Below are positions 19,601 through 28,051 of a stretch of DNA of 64,000 nt, one piece after another. Within the stretch, counting starts at the first letter, position 1, and the number at the start of each line of letters is the position of its first letter. The stretch is from a virus, in IMG/VR virus record IMGVR_UViG_3300025887_000011, positions 1 through 64,000 of that record. One strand, 5' to 3'. Made by a program: the position numbers and the translations under genes. The notes under the pieces are model-generated. The model saw only the letters and a list, made by a program, of their open reading frames with translations, made no database searches and had not been told where the DNA came from.

Positions 19601-21323
19601 TGGAAAAGACAAAAGGTATTATGACAAAGCTAATTCTTACTCTGTGGCAAGTGGTGAGGATAGACATATATACAAAGGAGACTGGGACGGCACATTTAAA
19701 TTTGCATGGACAGACAATCCTGCTTGGATACTGTACGATGTAATACTTAATGATCGTTATGGACTAGGTGGATTTGTAGAAGCGTCATCTGTAAACAAAT
19801 GGGATTTATATAAAATAGGAAGATTTTGTGATGCTGTAGACGAACAAGGTTATTTTGTTGGTTTAGATGACGGAAGAGGAGGTTTAGAACCTAGATTTTC
19901 TTGTAATATAATGTTCTCTGAAGAAACTAAAGTATTTGATGCTATAAACACAATAGCTACTATATTTAGAGGTGTTGTCTATTATAATAATTCTACTATA
20001 GAATTCTCTGATGATAGACCAAAAGAACCTATAGCTCTTTTTACTAACTCTAATGTAAAAGAAGGAATTTTCACTTACTCTAATTACCAAAGAGACGAGC
20101 AAATAAATACAATAGAAGTTGTTTATATTGATAGGTACGATGGATATAAAACTAAACTAGAATTAGTAGAAAACCAAGCAGATATAGCAGAAAGAGGGAT
20201 ATTTAAAAAATCAATTAATGCATTCGGAATTACTTCAAAAGCTATGGCCAGAAGGGCTGGAGATCATTTTCTTTACCAAACCACAAAAGAAAACCAATCA
20301 GTGGCTTTTAACTGCGGTTTAGAAACTCTATTATGCAAACCTGGTGATTTAATAGTTGTTGATGATGAACTGAAATCATTTAAATCAAATTTTGGAAAAG
20401 TGTTAGATGTCAATAACAATGAAAAATCAGTAAGAATATCGCAAAGCTTTCTACCAAATGATTACGATGCGCAAATTACTCTTTATAAACCATCTAAATT
20501 AAACGATGTTGATTCAATAGATGATAGTATATCTTTTTATAGATCTAGATTAGATACCTTTACTATACTAGGAAATAACACTGATTTATTGGCAGGTAGC
20601 GGATGGAACAACATGATTGGAGAGTGGCAATTTAGCGGCTACACAAGTGGATACCAAGAAGTAAAAGACGCTGTAGGAAATTATATATCCCCTCTTCAAG
20701 AAGAGTATGCATTATATAAAAATATAGAACCTACTTCTTCTGGTTATTCTCCTACTCTCTGGTTTAATACAGAAGCTCAAGGTTGGGTGTTTTCTACTGG
20801 AAATTATTCAAATTCAGGAGCTTTAGAAAATAATAATTTATTTATATTAGAACCTAATTTATTCAGCTTTTTGGACCTTCAGTTGTTCGATCCAAACGAC
20901 TTGACAAAAACCCGTATTAAAAAATACGAGCCGATTAATCAAGATAAAAGAGGAGCTACTATAGGAAACTTTACTGGTGACTTTATTTATAATGACCCAA
21001 GCGTCGATCTTGTTTATTACAACGGTAATCAATCTACAGAATCCACAATAGGAAGCAGCGTCCAAATATTTTCCGTACCTATAACTGGATGGGGATCATC
21101 TGAGTATGGGGACGATGTCTTTGTAGATAAAGACGATATAAACTCATCTTTACTTGAATTCGTTCCTATTGGAACAACTTATAGATTTACTATTAAAGAC
21201 GAAAAAGATAGTATATATAAAGTAACCTCTATAAAAGAAGAAGGAAGAAGTGAGTTTTCAATTATAGCGACAAAATTTGATACTGGCAAGTACGACCTTA
21301 TAGATAAGGGGGGTGCTTTCTAA
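16629..21323 (+). CDS. Lambda gpJ-like central tail-tip protein
   Basis: DLVSDGPIEGL, YPYSAY.G, WDGTFK.AWTDNPAWILYD, EPRFSCN, FTNSNV.EG.F.Y, PGDLI.V.D. Confidence 0.93.
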   Translation: MKHYELKTEVAGAGGRKGKKPKPATLKPPKLGDYKVASSYTYAEILDLVSDGPIEGLVNKNGYTLPYNALLQGVYLNNVPVEETNENFLTEAGIKTPLLDQSKFSSGIKEMFDDIQFSTRDEIEDKGLLYPDTDNFADAKEVYYSFNTGLYKGNQFINKVEDLSSLINFPADIRNPEKYPVVTYGDTYVSGKSDNTPIRGSFFSDNKYEANFSMGIKHINDVFQEGTNAKKGLDEFLESVYSDNLYIGEYAKGKLRSFGYTEEDIDNGVGEQNIKNLFANIFSKQIPDWYLNSNDFITPYVCITVDGVMEGYEFYNHVNYFLEKDESGSVTSKLNYYADFDLDSESRSEGLNLSSNTLSMFIPNLAENGTWDGKVQGFYFFLLDAESVVYENIEKVSGPSDFDALTMGIDQSELSFLRSLKGFILSDNNPLNNEKAPKKIIPYYELYSFERKLVDTGGCVFTTELNRVSLDKGYSDQDSIESISEDKYQSDVIRKGVQVKWSFKYQTYRERFMEIPIDIWCKKVSGITTDIHYKARVFLDGELVLTEEKTNWNTNGTDNPELSVRIPPSQFLQTITLDIVAYSSLETPTSCPFSLPVIPEVRARVFRPDIFRELEDDIEAQDVGAVKYNWSNVLAEFRPGSRNQAPLTYFKDVNVDYNYQYTLLGPFNPDKNDGTTVQRIVQGDGKLKKPDKYPILNMASTFVPTMDEEYLSAIQEGSSDKRWTGAYKTISSSGGGLKIRIKNPDDFAGWDVNGQDYSEEAQPLTHIIENPNVTSVWFTLNIDALKDTVHRSIGDPAEPDVDAGSSLPANVNIRVETGLIDYNGKTTTTYSKLFQITALVESPSLLDIGNSDNQGLQSYFDYINVYNDINEVDQNNNPIDRGGMFSPFLLDDPKSQTGDPDLNTKNQEHTSTKRFIRVTKLTTETSSTLIFKEVGVVKFSEIIPGQCQYPYSAYCGIKIDSRVFADIPSRSYEAKLKKVKIPSNYFPTFRNGKDKRYYDKANSYSVASGEDRHIYKGDWDGTFKFAWTDNPAWILYDVILNDRYGLGGFVEASSVNKWDLYKIGRFCDAVDEQGYFVGLDDGRGGLEPRFSCNIMFSEETKVFDAINTIATIFRGVVYYNNSTIEFSDDRPKEPIALFTNSNVKEGIFTYSNYQRDEQINTIEVVYIDRYDGYKTKLELVENQADIAERGIFKKSINAFGITSKAMARRAGDHFLYQTTKENQSVAFNCGLETLLCKPGDLIVVDDELKSFKSNFGKVLDVNNNEKSVRISQSFLPNDYDAQITLYKPSKLNDVDSIDDSISFYRSRLDTFTILGNNTDLLAGSGWNNMIGEWQFSGYTSGYQEVKDAVGNYISPLQEEYALYKNIEPTSSGYSPTLWFNTEAQGWVFSTGNYSNSGALENNNLFILEPNLFSFLDLQLFDPNDLTKTRIKKYEPINQDKRGATIGNFTGDFIYNDPSVDLVYYNGNQSTESTIGSSVQIFSVPITGWGSSEYGDDVFVDKDDINSSLLEFVPIGTTYRFTIKDEKDSIYKVTSIKEEGRSEFSIIATKFDTGKYDLIDKGGAF

Positions 21324-21327
21324 AAAG

Positions 21328-21489
21328 CTATTTACCATTCATGGTTTCTTCAAGAGCAAGCAAGAAATTGTTTTTAAGATTTCTGGGAACTTTCTTGTAT
21401 TGCTCTTTAGCTCTTCTATAAACCCTTCTGCTGATAGCGTCATTTGGGTTTATGATTTTCCTTAATTTTTTAGCAATTTTTTTATTCAT
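21328..21489 (-). CDS. Small basic hypothetical protein (53 aa, MNKKIAKKLRK...)
   Basis: Translated by hand; ATGA overlap with the upstream GNAT gene; below the ORF-track cutoff. Confidence 0.6.
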   Translation of the reverse strand: MNKKIAKKLRKIINPNDAISRRVYRRAKEQYKKVPRNLKNNFLLALEETMNGK

Positions 21490-21944
21490 AATTTAGCAAC
21501 GTATGTAGTTGAATCTTTCAAGAAACCCAGCTTTTTATAGAAGTTTTCTATTTTTTCTGAATTTGGATTGTCTTCTAAAACAGAAAGTGTTATGATTTTA
21601 AAACCACTTTCCCTAGCGAACTTTATAGCTTCTTTAAATAATTTAAATCCAATTTTGGGATTTTTTGAAACCCAAACATATTCAGAAAACATATCAACAC
21701 CAAACTTTACGTTTTTATCGTTAAAAAAAGCAATGCAAGCGTCGTATTTCTCACCTGTTTTATTAGCCCAAATAAAAAGATCCCAAGCTAACAATTGTTT
21801 ATTCGAATAGTTCAGTTTAATACTCTCTGTATCATGAGACATTCCTAAAGCGTGAGCTTCGTAAGAATCTTCTTTAGGTATAATGTCTCGAAGATCATCA
21901 ACCATTAGGCAAAACTCATCTGGATTTGTAATTCTTTTTATCAT
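21486..21944 (-). CDS. GNAT-family acetyltransferase
   Basis: IGFKLFKEAIKFARESG...NFYKKLGF. Confidence 0.7.
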   Translation of the reverse strand: MIKRITNPDEFCLMVDDLRDIIPKEDSYEAHALGMSHDTESIKLNYSNKQLLAWDLFIWANKTGEKYDACIAFFNDKNVKFGVDMFSEYVWVSKNPKIGFKLFKEAIKFARESGFKIITLSVLEDNPNSEKIENFYKKLGFLKDSTTYVAKL

Positions 21945-22774
21945 TTAGAAATAATACCTATGAGTTTTCTTGCTTCTTTTGCAGGTATGTTATCAAAATC
22001 TTTCCAGTTCTTAACGTCTTCATTGATATACTTCTCAGACTTCCATAAGTCTCTTAGAAGCTCCTTGAAACCATCAAACGATTCCACACTATGCTTTTCT
22101 CTTAAGGTCTTCTCAAGCAATCCAGAGGGAGTTATAGGGGCGAAGTTTTCGCCAGACGATTTAGATGAGGTCTTTGTGTTTTCAGACTTATCAATTTCAT
22201 CAGCACCTACAATATTAATGTTTAAAAAGTTTCGTACACAACGAACAAAAGCTCTATTACACGCAATGGTTTCTAGGAATTTTTCGCAAAAGGCGTCTGT
22301 GTTTTCTAAAGATGCGTTGGCATAATCTTCGTAAGAAACGATTTTGTTGGAAGATTCATAATTGCCAATCCATTCAATATCACAACGAGCCGTAACATAA
22401 CCATCTTCTACGTTTCTCGCATCATAAGCAACAGCATGAAAACCTCTAAGTTTAGCCAAATCTTTAATTCCTCCAAGCATAATCAGTAGTTGATTGTCTC
22501 TGAGTCCTTCTGTAGATGTAGGGGTTTGTTGTCCACGCATTTCAAACCAACCCTTATTTGGATAAAGAAATTCTGGTTTAATCATAGCCCTCCAATTAAC
22601 AGAGCCATCTTCGTTAAAAATATAATCAACGCATTCAAGAAGGCCATGTCCATCTCTCTTGTAAAGATCTGGGCCATATAATTTTTTAGCCGCTTGTTTC
22701 TTGGCTGTTTGTTTTTTTACAGCTTTTTTTGCAGATTTTTTAACTGCTTTATTTTTGTCCTCTTTTTTGTTCAT
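21941..22774 (-). CDS. Rad52/Sak-like single-strand annealing protein (putative)
   Basis: GGIKDLAKLRG...ANAS.EN...ETIACNRAFVRCVRNFLNI.IVGADEI resembles the A(E/C)xRAxxR helix of Rad52-fold proteins; Lys/Ala-rich N-tail. Confidence 0.5.
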   Translation of the reverse strand: MNKKEDKNKAVKKSAKKAVKKQTAKKQAAKKLYGPDLYKRDGHGLLECVDYIFNEDGSVNWRAMIKPEFLYPNKGWFEMRGQQTPTSTEGLRDNQLLIMLGGIKDLAKLRGFHAVAYDARNVEDGYVTARCDIEWIGNYESSNKIVSYEDYANASLENTDAFCEKFLETIACNRAFVRCVRNFLNINIVGADEIDKSENTKTSSKSSGENFAPITPSGLLEKTLREKHSVESFDGFKELLRDLWKSEKYINEDVKNWKDFDNIPAKEARKLIGIISK

Positions 22775-23936
22775 AAATATAAAAGTAATCTAGTTCTTCC
22801 CAGTAATCAGGATTATCGACTATATTATCTTCAGAGTCAAGATTTTTTTTCCAGTGATATGTAGAATTATATACTTTACCTCCTTCAACTACGTATTTAA
22901 AAGAAAAGAAGTAGTCTTCTGCTCCAACAAATTCAGGTTTTTTTGTTGGAGGGTCGTAACATTCTACGACCTCGTCAAAATATTCGAATCTTATATCATC
23001 TAAAATTTCTTTGTTTTTAACCAAAAAAGAAAAGTTTATACCTAAAGATTTAAGTATGGAAAAATATTTACTTGGTATAGTGTCAGGTTTTTCTGTTGTT
23101 ATCACTTTAATATCTTTTATGTTTTCAGCAAAACGTTTTATAGAGTCTATCTGCAAGAAAGAGTCCTTGAGTATTATAGAACATTTATGATTACTTAGAT
23201 ACTTATAGAAATCATCTTCTTGAATCTTTCCTAGGTCCAATCTTATATTTAAAACTTGATCATCAAAAATATGACTATTGACATAGTTGCTAGGAATAAC
23301 ATCTATACAGCTAGATTTATTTTTATTTATTAATTTTGTTTTAAAATTTATATTTTGTAAAAAAGTTTTTTTGCCTCCTGTTTTAGATTGATGCAGCAGC
23401 TTTAAGCAGGAAATTGCAACCCTCTCCGCTTTGATCTTGTCTATAGATTGGTCTGGATCAGATACAGACATGCAAGGTTTGACGTCCCAATCTGGCTCTA
23501 GATCTATTTTATTCTTTTTGCTAGACCAAAAAGCAGTTGTTATTGATGGGTATATATTACCATAAAGATTCACTATAGGCACATCTTGACTGCTGGCATA
23601 TTGAGTTATAGCATTATCAACAGAAATTAAAAGTTTAGCCTTAGATACTATGTATGCATTTTTCCTAAAACTCAATCCTGGGTAAGAATAATCAGACCTA
23701 TCTGTAATATTACTTTCAGAACCTATAACAACAACTTTTAAATCTTGTTTATTTAGGTCGGTTCTTATTAAATCTACAACAAGAGAATAATAGTTATAAC
23801 ACTTTGAATCTACGTCTTGTTCGTTGTATATTACTATATAATTTTCTGGTATTACTGGATAAAAATGTTTGTTTACCACAACCGAGGAAGGTTTTACTTC
23901 TAGATTTTTTGAGTATTCTGTTAATATATGTGACAT
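22749..23936 (-). CDS. GT9-like glycosyltransferase C-terminal half fused to an unknown domain
   Basis: AYIVSKAKLLISVDNAITQYASSQDVPIVNLYG, a degenerate GT9 D-S-G..H.A...P...LFG motif. Confidence 0.6.
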   Translation of the reverse strand: MSHILTEYSKNLEVKPSSVVVNKHFYPVIPENYIVIYNEQDVDSKCYNYYSLVVDLIRTDLNKQDLKVVVIGSESNITDRSDYSYPGLSFRKNAYIVSKAKLLISVDNAITQYASSQDVPIVNLYGNIYPSITTAFWSSKKNKIDLEPDWDVKPCMSVSDPDQSIDKIKAERVAISCLKLLHQSKTGGKKTFLQNINFKTKLINKNKSSCIDVIPSNYVNSHIFDDQVLNIRLDLGKIQEDDFYKYLSNHKCSIILKDSFLQIDSIKRFAENIKDIKVITTEKPDTIPSKYFSILKSLGINFSFLVKNKEILDDIRFEYFDEVVECYDPPTKKPEFVGAEDYFFSFKYVVEGGKVYNSTYHWKKNLDSEDNIVDNPDYWEELDYFYIYEQKRGQK

Positions 23937-23940
23937 TTTT

Positions 23941-25797
23941 TTATTTTCCGTTATGTATGTAGCATGGAACTTTCTGAGTAGTAGTAGATGGATAATAAGC
24001 AGCTTCGAAGAAGCCTTCGTGCTTACTAAAGCCTTCCATAGACATTGGGTTGTCTAAAGCAGCTGCATATTGAAGACATCTATATACATAAGGATTATCT
24101 TCAATGTACTCAAAGTATTCTGGCTTTGTAAAAACATAAATGTTGTGGCCTTTATGTTTCTTTTGTAGGTTTTTTATCAATGAGTTTATAAGCAAAACGT
24201 CTGTTGCTGCTTCAGGGATGATAATAGCAACTCTTTTACCTTTATCATCTTTAGATAGGAAATCTTCAAATACATTTGTAGTTTTTGAGTTTTGTTTTTT
24301 AGCTACATGTATAAAATGATGATAAAGATTGTTTTGGTTTATCTCTTGTTTGCTGAGTTTTGCCAGCCATGTTTTATATCCATCGTTATAATGATCTACA
24401 TCATCATTAAGTATGTTTTTGTATAAATCTATAATAAAATCCTCGTTAGATAGATTTTGAGGCATTTTATACATTTCATTGTAGTGATTGTTTTTAATGT
24501 CTACGTCATCTCCTAAATAAGGAGTAGAGTCAATTATATCTTCCAGTTTTTTGCCGATAACTTCTATTGAAAAATTGTCTATAACCCATTGCCTTGACTT
24601 TTTACCAGTAAGGTTTCGTTCTTCTTTCGACATGTTAAAAACCGTGTCCAGCATTTGGTTTATGCTGTCAGCGTCTGTAGAAGCTTTTATAAACTGAGTT
24701 CCTGGTTCTCTGTATTCATGCCAACTAAGCGGCAAACCACCGCTCTCTTCACTACAACTATCTTCTCCACAAGAATAGTCTGTAACCAATGTAATAAGTT
24801 CTGTGAGTTTTGCTTCTTGAACTGGAATTTCTTGACCACCACTAGTAAAAGGGTGACAATATACATCCATTAAATTATAAACTTCGTTTAATTGCTCTTC
24901 CGAAACTCCGTTTTTTACATTTGTAGTGTTAAAATCATCACTTCCACATGATTCACATTTTTGATTTTGACCTGTAAAAGTTTTAACTTTGTAAGAATTA
25001 CAAGAAGGGCAAAAATAAGTAGTTAAAATATCGGACCTGTTTATTTTTTTTTCCTCAAGAAGTCTAAGTATATCCCAACCTTCGCCCCAGTGAGTATGTA
25101 GAAGCAACTTAGCTTTGTTGCAAGTTTTTTTAAACATTTTAAACCCATCAAGTAAATTCGGAACAGACTTTCTTAGCTGATTTCTAAATACAAAGCCAAC
25201 TACAAAATCATCTTTATTTACGTCATGATAAGATCTTAAGATGTTTCTTTTTTCATCATCTAATCTAAAAAAATGATCTGTATCAAGAGAACCTCTTAAT
25301 GTTTTAATGTGATCATAACCTAGTTCTTTAAAGGCTTTTTCAGCGAAGCTAGACCAGACATAATAATCTTTTATTTTAGGTGCGTATTCAACAGCTTGAG
25401 GTAAAATGGGGAGACTGTCAAGAGTAGTCCAAACCATGCACTTTATCTTATTCCACCAAGGTTTATGATGGTAGTTCGTGAAACCCCAAATGTCTTCAAC
25501 CCCAATATATATATCTGGCTTTACTTCATTTACTATTTCATCTATCAAAAGACTTCCATATCCAGCTTCTTTTTTGCTAGCTTCATCTAAAGAGTGGTAG
25601 TTTTCAGGTATCGTTCCGTAACACTTCCAAGGTAAATAGCTTAAACTTGGATCGTTGTGCAATTTCATGTTTGCGGCCTCGAAAACTTCGTATTTGCCGC
25701 TTTTATAAAGATATTTTAAAATGTTTTTTTGGTTTTTCCCGAAACCAGTAAAAGCTTTGCAGAAATTAGAATGGATAAGTATTCTTTTTTTTCTCAT
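23941..25797 (-). CDS. Multidomain GT4-like glycosyltransferase (Zn-ribbon insert, DUF4214-like helices, GT9 N-half)
   Basis: TGFGK, FRNQLRK, YNLMDVYCHPFTSGGQEIPVQEA; CPSC..CESC insert. Confidence 0.8.
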   Translation of the reverse strand: MRKKRILIHSNFCKAFTGFGKNQKNILKYLYKSGKYEVFEAANMKLHNDPSLSYLPWKCYGTIPENYHSLDEASKKEAGYGSLLIDEIVNEVKPDIYIGVEDIWGFTNYHHKPWWNKIKCMVWTTLDSLPILPQAVEYAPKIKDYYVWSSFAEKAFKELGYDHIKTLRGSLDTDHFFRLDDEKRNILRSYHDVNKDDFVVGFVFRNQLRKSVPNLLDGFKMFKKTCNKAKLLLHTHWGEGWDILRLLEEKKINRSDILTTYFCPSCNSYKVKTFTGQNQKCESCGSDDFNTTNVKNGVSEEQLNEVYNLMDVYCHPFTSGGQEIPVQEAKLTELITLVTDYSCGEDSCSEESGGLPLSWHEYREPGTQFIKASTDADSINQMLDTVFNMSKEERNLTGKKSRQWVIDNFSIEVIGKKLEDIIDSTPYLGDDVDIKNNHYNEMYKMPQNLSNEDFIIDLYKNILNDDVDHYNDGYKTWLAKLSKQEINQNNLYHHFIHVAKKQNSKTTNVFEDFLSKDDKGKRVAIIIPEAATDVLLINSLIKNLQKKHKGHNIYVFTKPEYFEYIEDNPYVYRCLQYAAALDNPMSMEGFSKHEGFFEAAYYPSTTTQKVPCYIHNGK

Positions 25798-25800
25798 TTT

Positions 25801-26268
25801 TTATTTTTTGTTCGCTTCTATTCTATAGGAGAAAATTTTATCTAAAGCGTGTTTAAAAAATTGGCACATTAGGTAAGCCTCAGACATCTCAACTCCCATA
25901 CCAAATTTATTTGAAGAGTTTCTTGTCACAGTATAAGAAAAGGCGTCTTCTCCGCTTTTTTTCTTATAAGGACTAAACATGATAGATGTAGAATTGTCGT
26001 CAAAAGTGTGATAAGCACTAAACTTTTCATACTTTTCTACAGCATATATAAATCCACTAATTTCTATTTCATTGAATTTAACAGATAGTGATTTTTCTGG
26101 ATTTTTATGATTGCCAGAAAAAGATCCAGTTTTTTTACTAGAATCCCAGGAGTACTGTTTCACAGCGGTCATATATACACAAGGCTCATAGTTTTTCCCT
26201 TGAGTCCCCATGCGAAAGCCAAAAGCACAACCTGTGCTTTGCGAGTTAGGTTTATAAAAGTTAATCAT
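25801..26268 (-). CDS. Whirly/PC4-like ssDNA-binding protein (putative)
   Basis: FYK, KQYSW, FNEIEISGFI, FSAYH and VEMSEAYLMCQFF parallel the Whirly motif order. Confidence 0.45.
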   Translation of the reverse strand: MINFYKPNSQSTGCAFGFRMGTQGKNYEPCVYMTAVKQYSWDSSKKTGSFSGNHKNPEKSLSVKFNEIEISGFIYAVEKYEKFSAYHTFDDNSTSIMFSPYKKKSGEDAFSYTVTRNSSNKFGMGVEMSEAYLMCQFFKHALDKIFSYRIEANKK

Positions 26269-26304
26269 ACCTATTATGATAGGCGAATCATGATACTTTT
26301 CTAC

Positions 26305-27762
26305 TTAAATATTTAAAACATCCAATGTTACTACTTCAAAGTCAGAATCTGCAGTTTTTTCACCACCAATTGTTTTAACCCCAATTCCATAAGAGCCTAA
26401 AACATCAATGTCTTTATATTTAATATTAATACATTCAGAATTTTTATATTGTTTTGTTTTACCATTAGGTTTCAAAACATAACAAAAATATTTAGAAAAT
26501 TCGTCTACATAAGACCATGAAATATCAATATAAAGATCACCGTTTTCGTTTTTATTGAGAGAAGCATTAACTTTCGGTTTGTTAGCTTTTTTTTCTTCAG
26601 TTAATCTGTCTGGAACTACAATGTCATTTGGAGGAGAAGACACATCAACTTGGTTGGATATAATAGGTTCAGATAATATATCTGATATAATGTTTCTATA
26701 TTCAGGAATAATATCAAATTTTTCCAGCCAATAAAAAGATTTTGAAAATGACTCTATTAAATCTAATACTGTAGATTCTCTTTTACTTAAAAACACGCAA
26801 GTCTCAATTATATAAGAGTGCATTATATCAGTGTAAAACATACATACTGCAACCTTCATACATTTTTCAAAATCTTTTTCAACTATAGCAATATCTATTT
26901 TTGTAGCTAGGGAATAATGGTATAAGATAAAATCTACATCGTTTTGTTTAAATCCAGAGTTCAAGGCAAAAAAAGCAACATCAAATAGCTTGTTGCTTTT
27001 GAAGGTTTTGCTGCAGTTTATAAACTTAAACCATCCATCTCTAAAGATTATATCTTCCTTAGACAAAGAACCATGGCATACTGAATTGCCTTTAAAAACA
27101 TCTTCTTCGTAATTTTTTTGACAAAAGTCTTTCAAGGAAGAAAAAACACTTTTAACATCTTTTAATCCATAGTTAACCTCTATTGACTCTTTTATAAATT
27201 TAGAAAATTTATATGGAGATCTATCTTTAAAGAAAGAGTTGTAATGCTTCTTGAAAGATGTCTTACATTTTAAACCAGAAAAAGCTAAAAATGTAAAAAT
27301 GAAACTTACCACATTTTCAAAAATGATATATCTACCTAAATCTTTTAAGGAGTCAGCAATTTCATGAGAAACAAGCAAATATCTTACTTTCACTTTACCG
27401 TCTAACACACCATGAGAAATTATTTTTTCTGTAAATAAGTTTTCATTTTGGTTTAAAAAATCAGACTCTCTTATTAATTCTTCGCAATTTTCATCAAGGG
27501 ATAATTTAATTTTAATCTTTCTAGAAACAGAGTTCTTTCCGTCTTTATTTAGCTTACTCTTAAAAAGATATTCTGAATCTTCCAATAGATAGCTGTCGAA
27601 ATTTTCATTGCTATATAACTCTTTGATTCTATGGCATTTAAAATTTAAATTTGATTTTTTAATTATTTCATTTATGATAGAACTGTATTTATGTGTGTAA
27701 AAAAGGCTTTCTTTTTTTTCAGAAAGAAAAGCCCTCCCAGTAAATAGTTGAGAAGTATTCAT
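26305..27762 (-). CDS. Degenerate APH/choline-kinase-fold protein with C-terminal FN3-like domain
   Basis: KIKIK...RESDFL; VCHGSLSKEDII...KFINC in place of HGDL..NI...D; C-terminal ISWS...YGIGVKTIG...DSD. Confidence 0.5.
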   Translation of the reverse strand: MNTSQLFTGRAFLSEKKESLFYTHKYSSIINEIIKKSNLNFKCHRIKELYSNENFDSYLLEDSEYLFKSKLNKDGKNSVSRKIKIKLSLDENCEELIRESDFLNQNENLFTEKIISHGVLDGKVKVRYLLVSHEIADSLKDLGRYIIFENVVSFIFTFLAFSGLKCKTSFKKHYNSFFKDRSPYKFSKFIKESIEVNYGLKDVKSVFSSLKDFCQKNYEEDVFKGNSVCHGSLSKEDIIFRDGWFKFINCSKTFKSNKLFDVAFFALNSGFKQNDVDFILYHYSLATKIDIAIVEKDFEKCMKVAVCMFYTDIMHSYIIETCVFLSKRESTVLDLIESFSKSFYWLEKFDIIPEYRNIISDILSEPIISNQVDVSSPPNDIVVPDRLTEEKKANKPKVNASLNKNENGDLYIDISWSYVDEFSKYFCYVLKPNGKTKQYKNSECINIKYKDIDVLGSYGIGVKTIGGEKTADSDFEVVTLDVLNI

Positions 27763-27786
27763 ACAACTAATTATACCAGAAGGGCT
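27721..27786 (-). promoter_or_regulatory. RNA hairpin enclosing an extended -10 box and the ATG of the kinase-like gene, followed by a U-tract
   Basis: AGCCCTTCTGGTA/TACTGGGAGGGCT (13 bp, 3 G-U) plus TAGTTG/CAACTA; TGgTATAAT at 27778-27770. Confidence 0.6.
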
Positions 27787-27812
27787 GTTTTTTTCTATAT
27801 ATTTCTATATAT

Positions 27813-28046
27813 TTATGAAGCTGTACCTATTTTCTTGCCCTGCAAACGGATGCCAGTGACACTTGTTTTTGCCAGCTTGGTGCGAGATCCGCTGTTTCTG
27901 TCGTATACATTGATGTAAGATGCCGTCTCAGAAACGAACTGAGCGTTAATAGCTTTTCCCGATTTTGTGTATAGACCGAAATAACGACCTTTACTTGAAC
28001 GGATGGCTTTCATAATTTGGTTTTGTGTTCTTGTACTCATATTCAT
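27813..28046 (-). CDS. Small basic hypothetical protein
   Basis: 77 aa, directly downstream of the Clp gene. Confidence 0.6.
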   Translation of the reverse strand: MNMSTRTQNQIMKAIRSSKGRYFGLYTKSGKAINAQFVSETASYINVYDRNSGSRTKLAKTSVTGIRLQGKKIGTAS

Positions 28047-28051
28047 ATATA

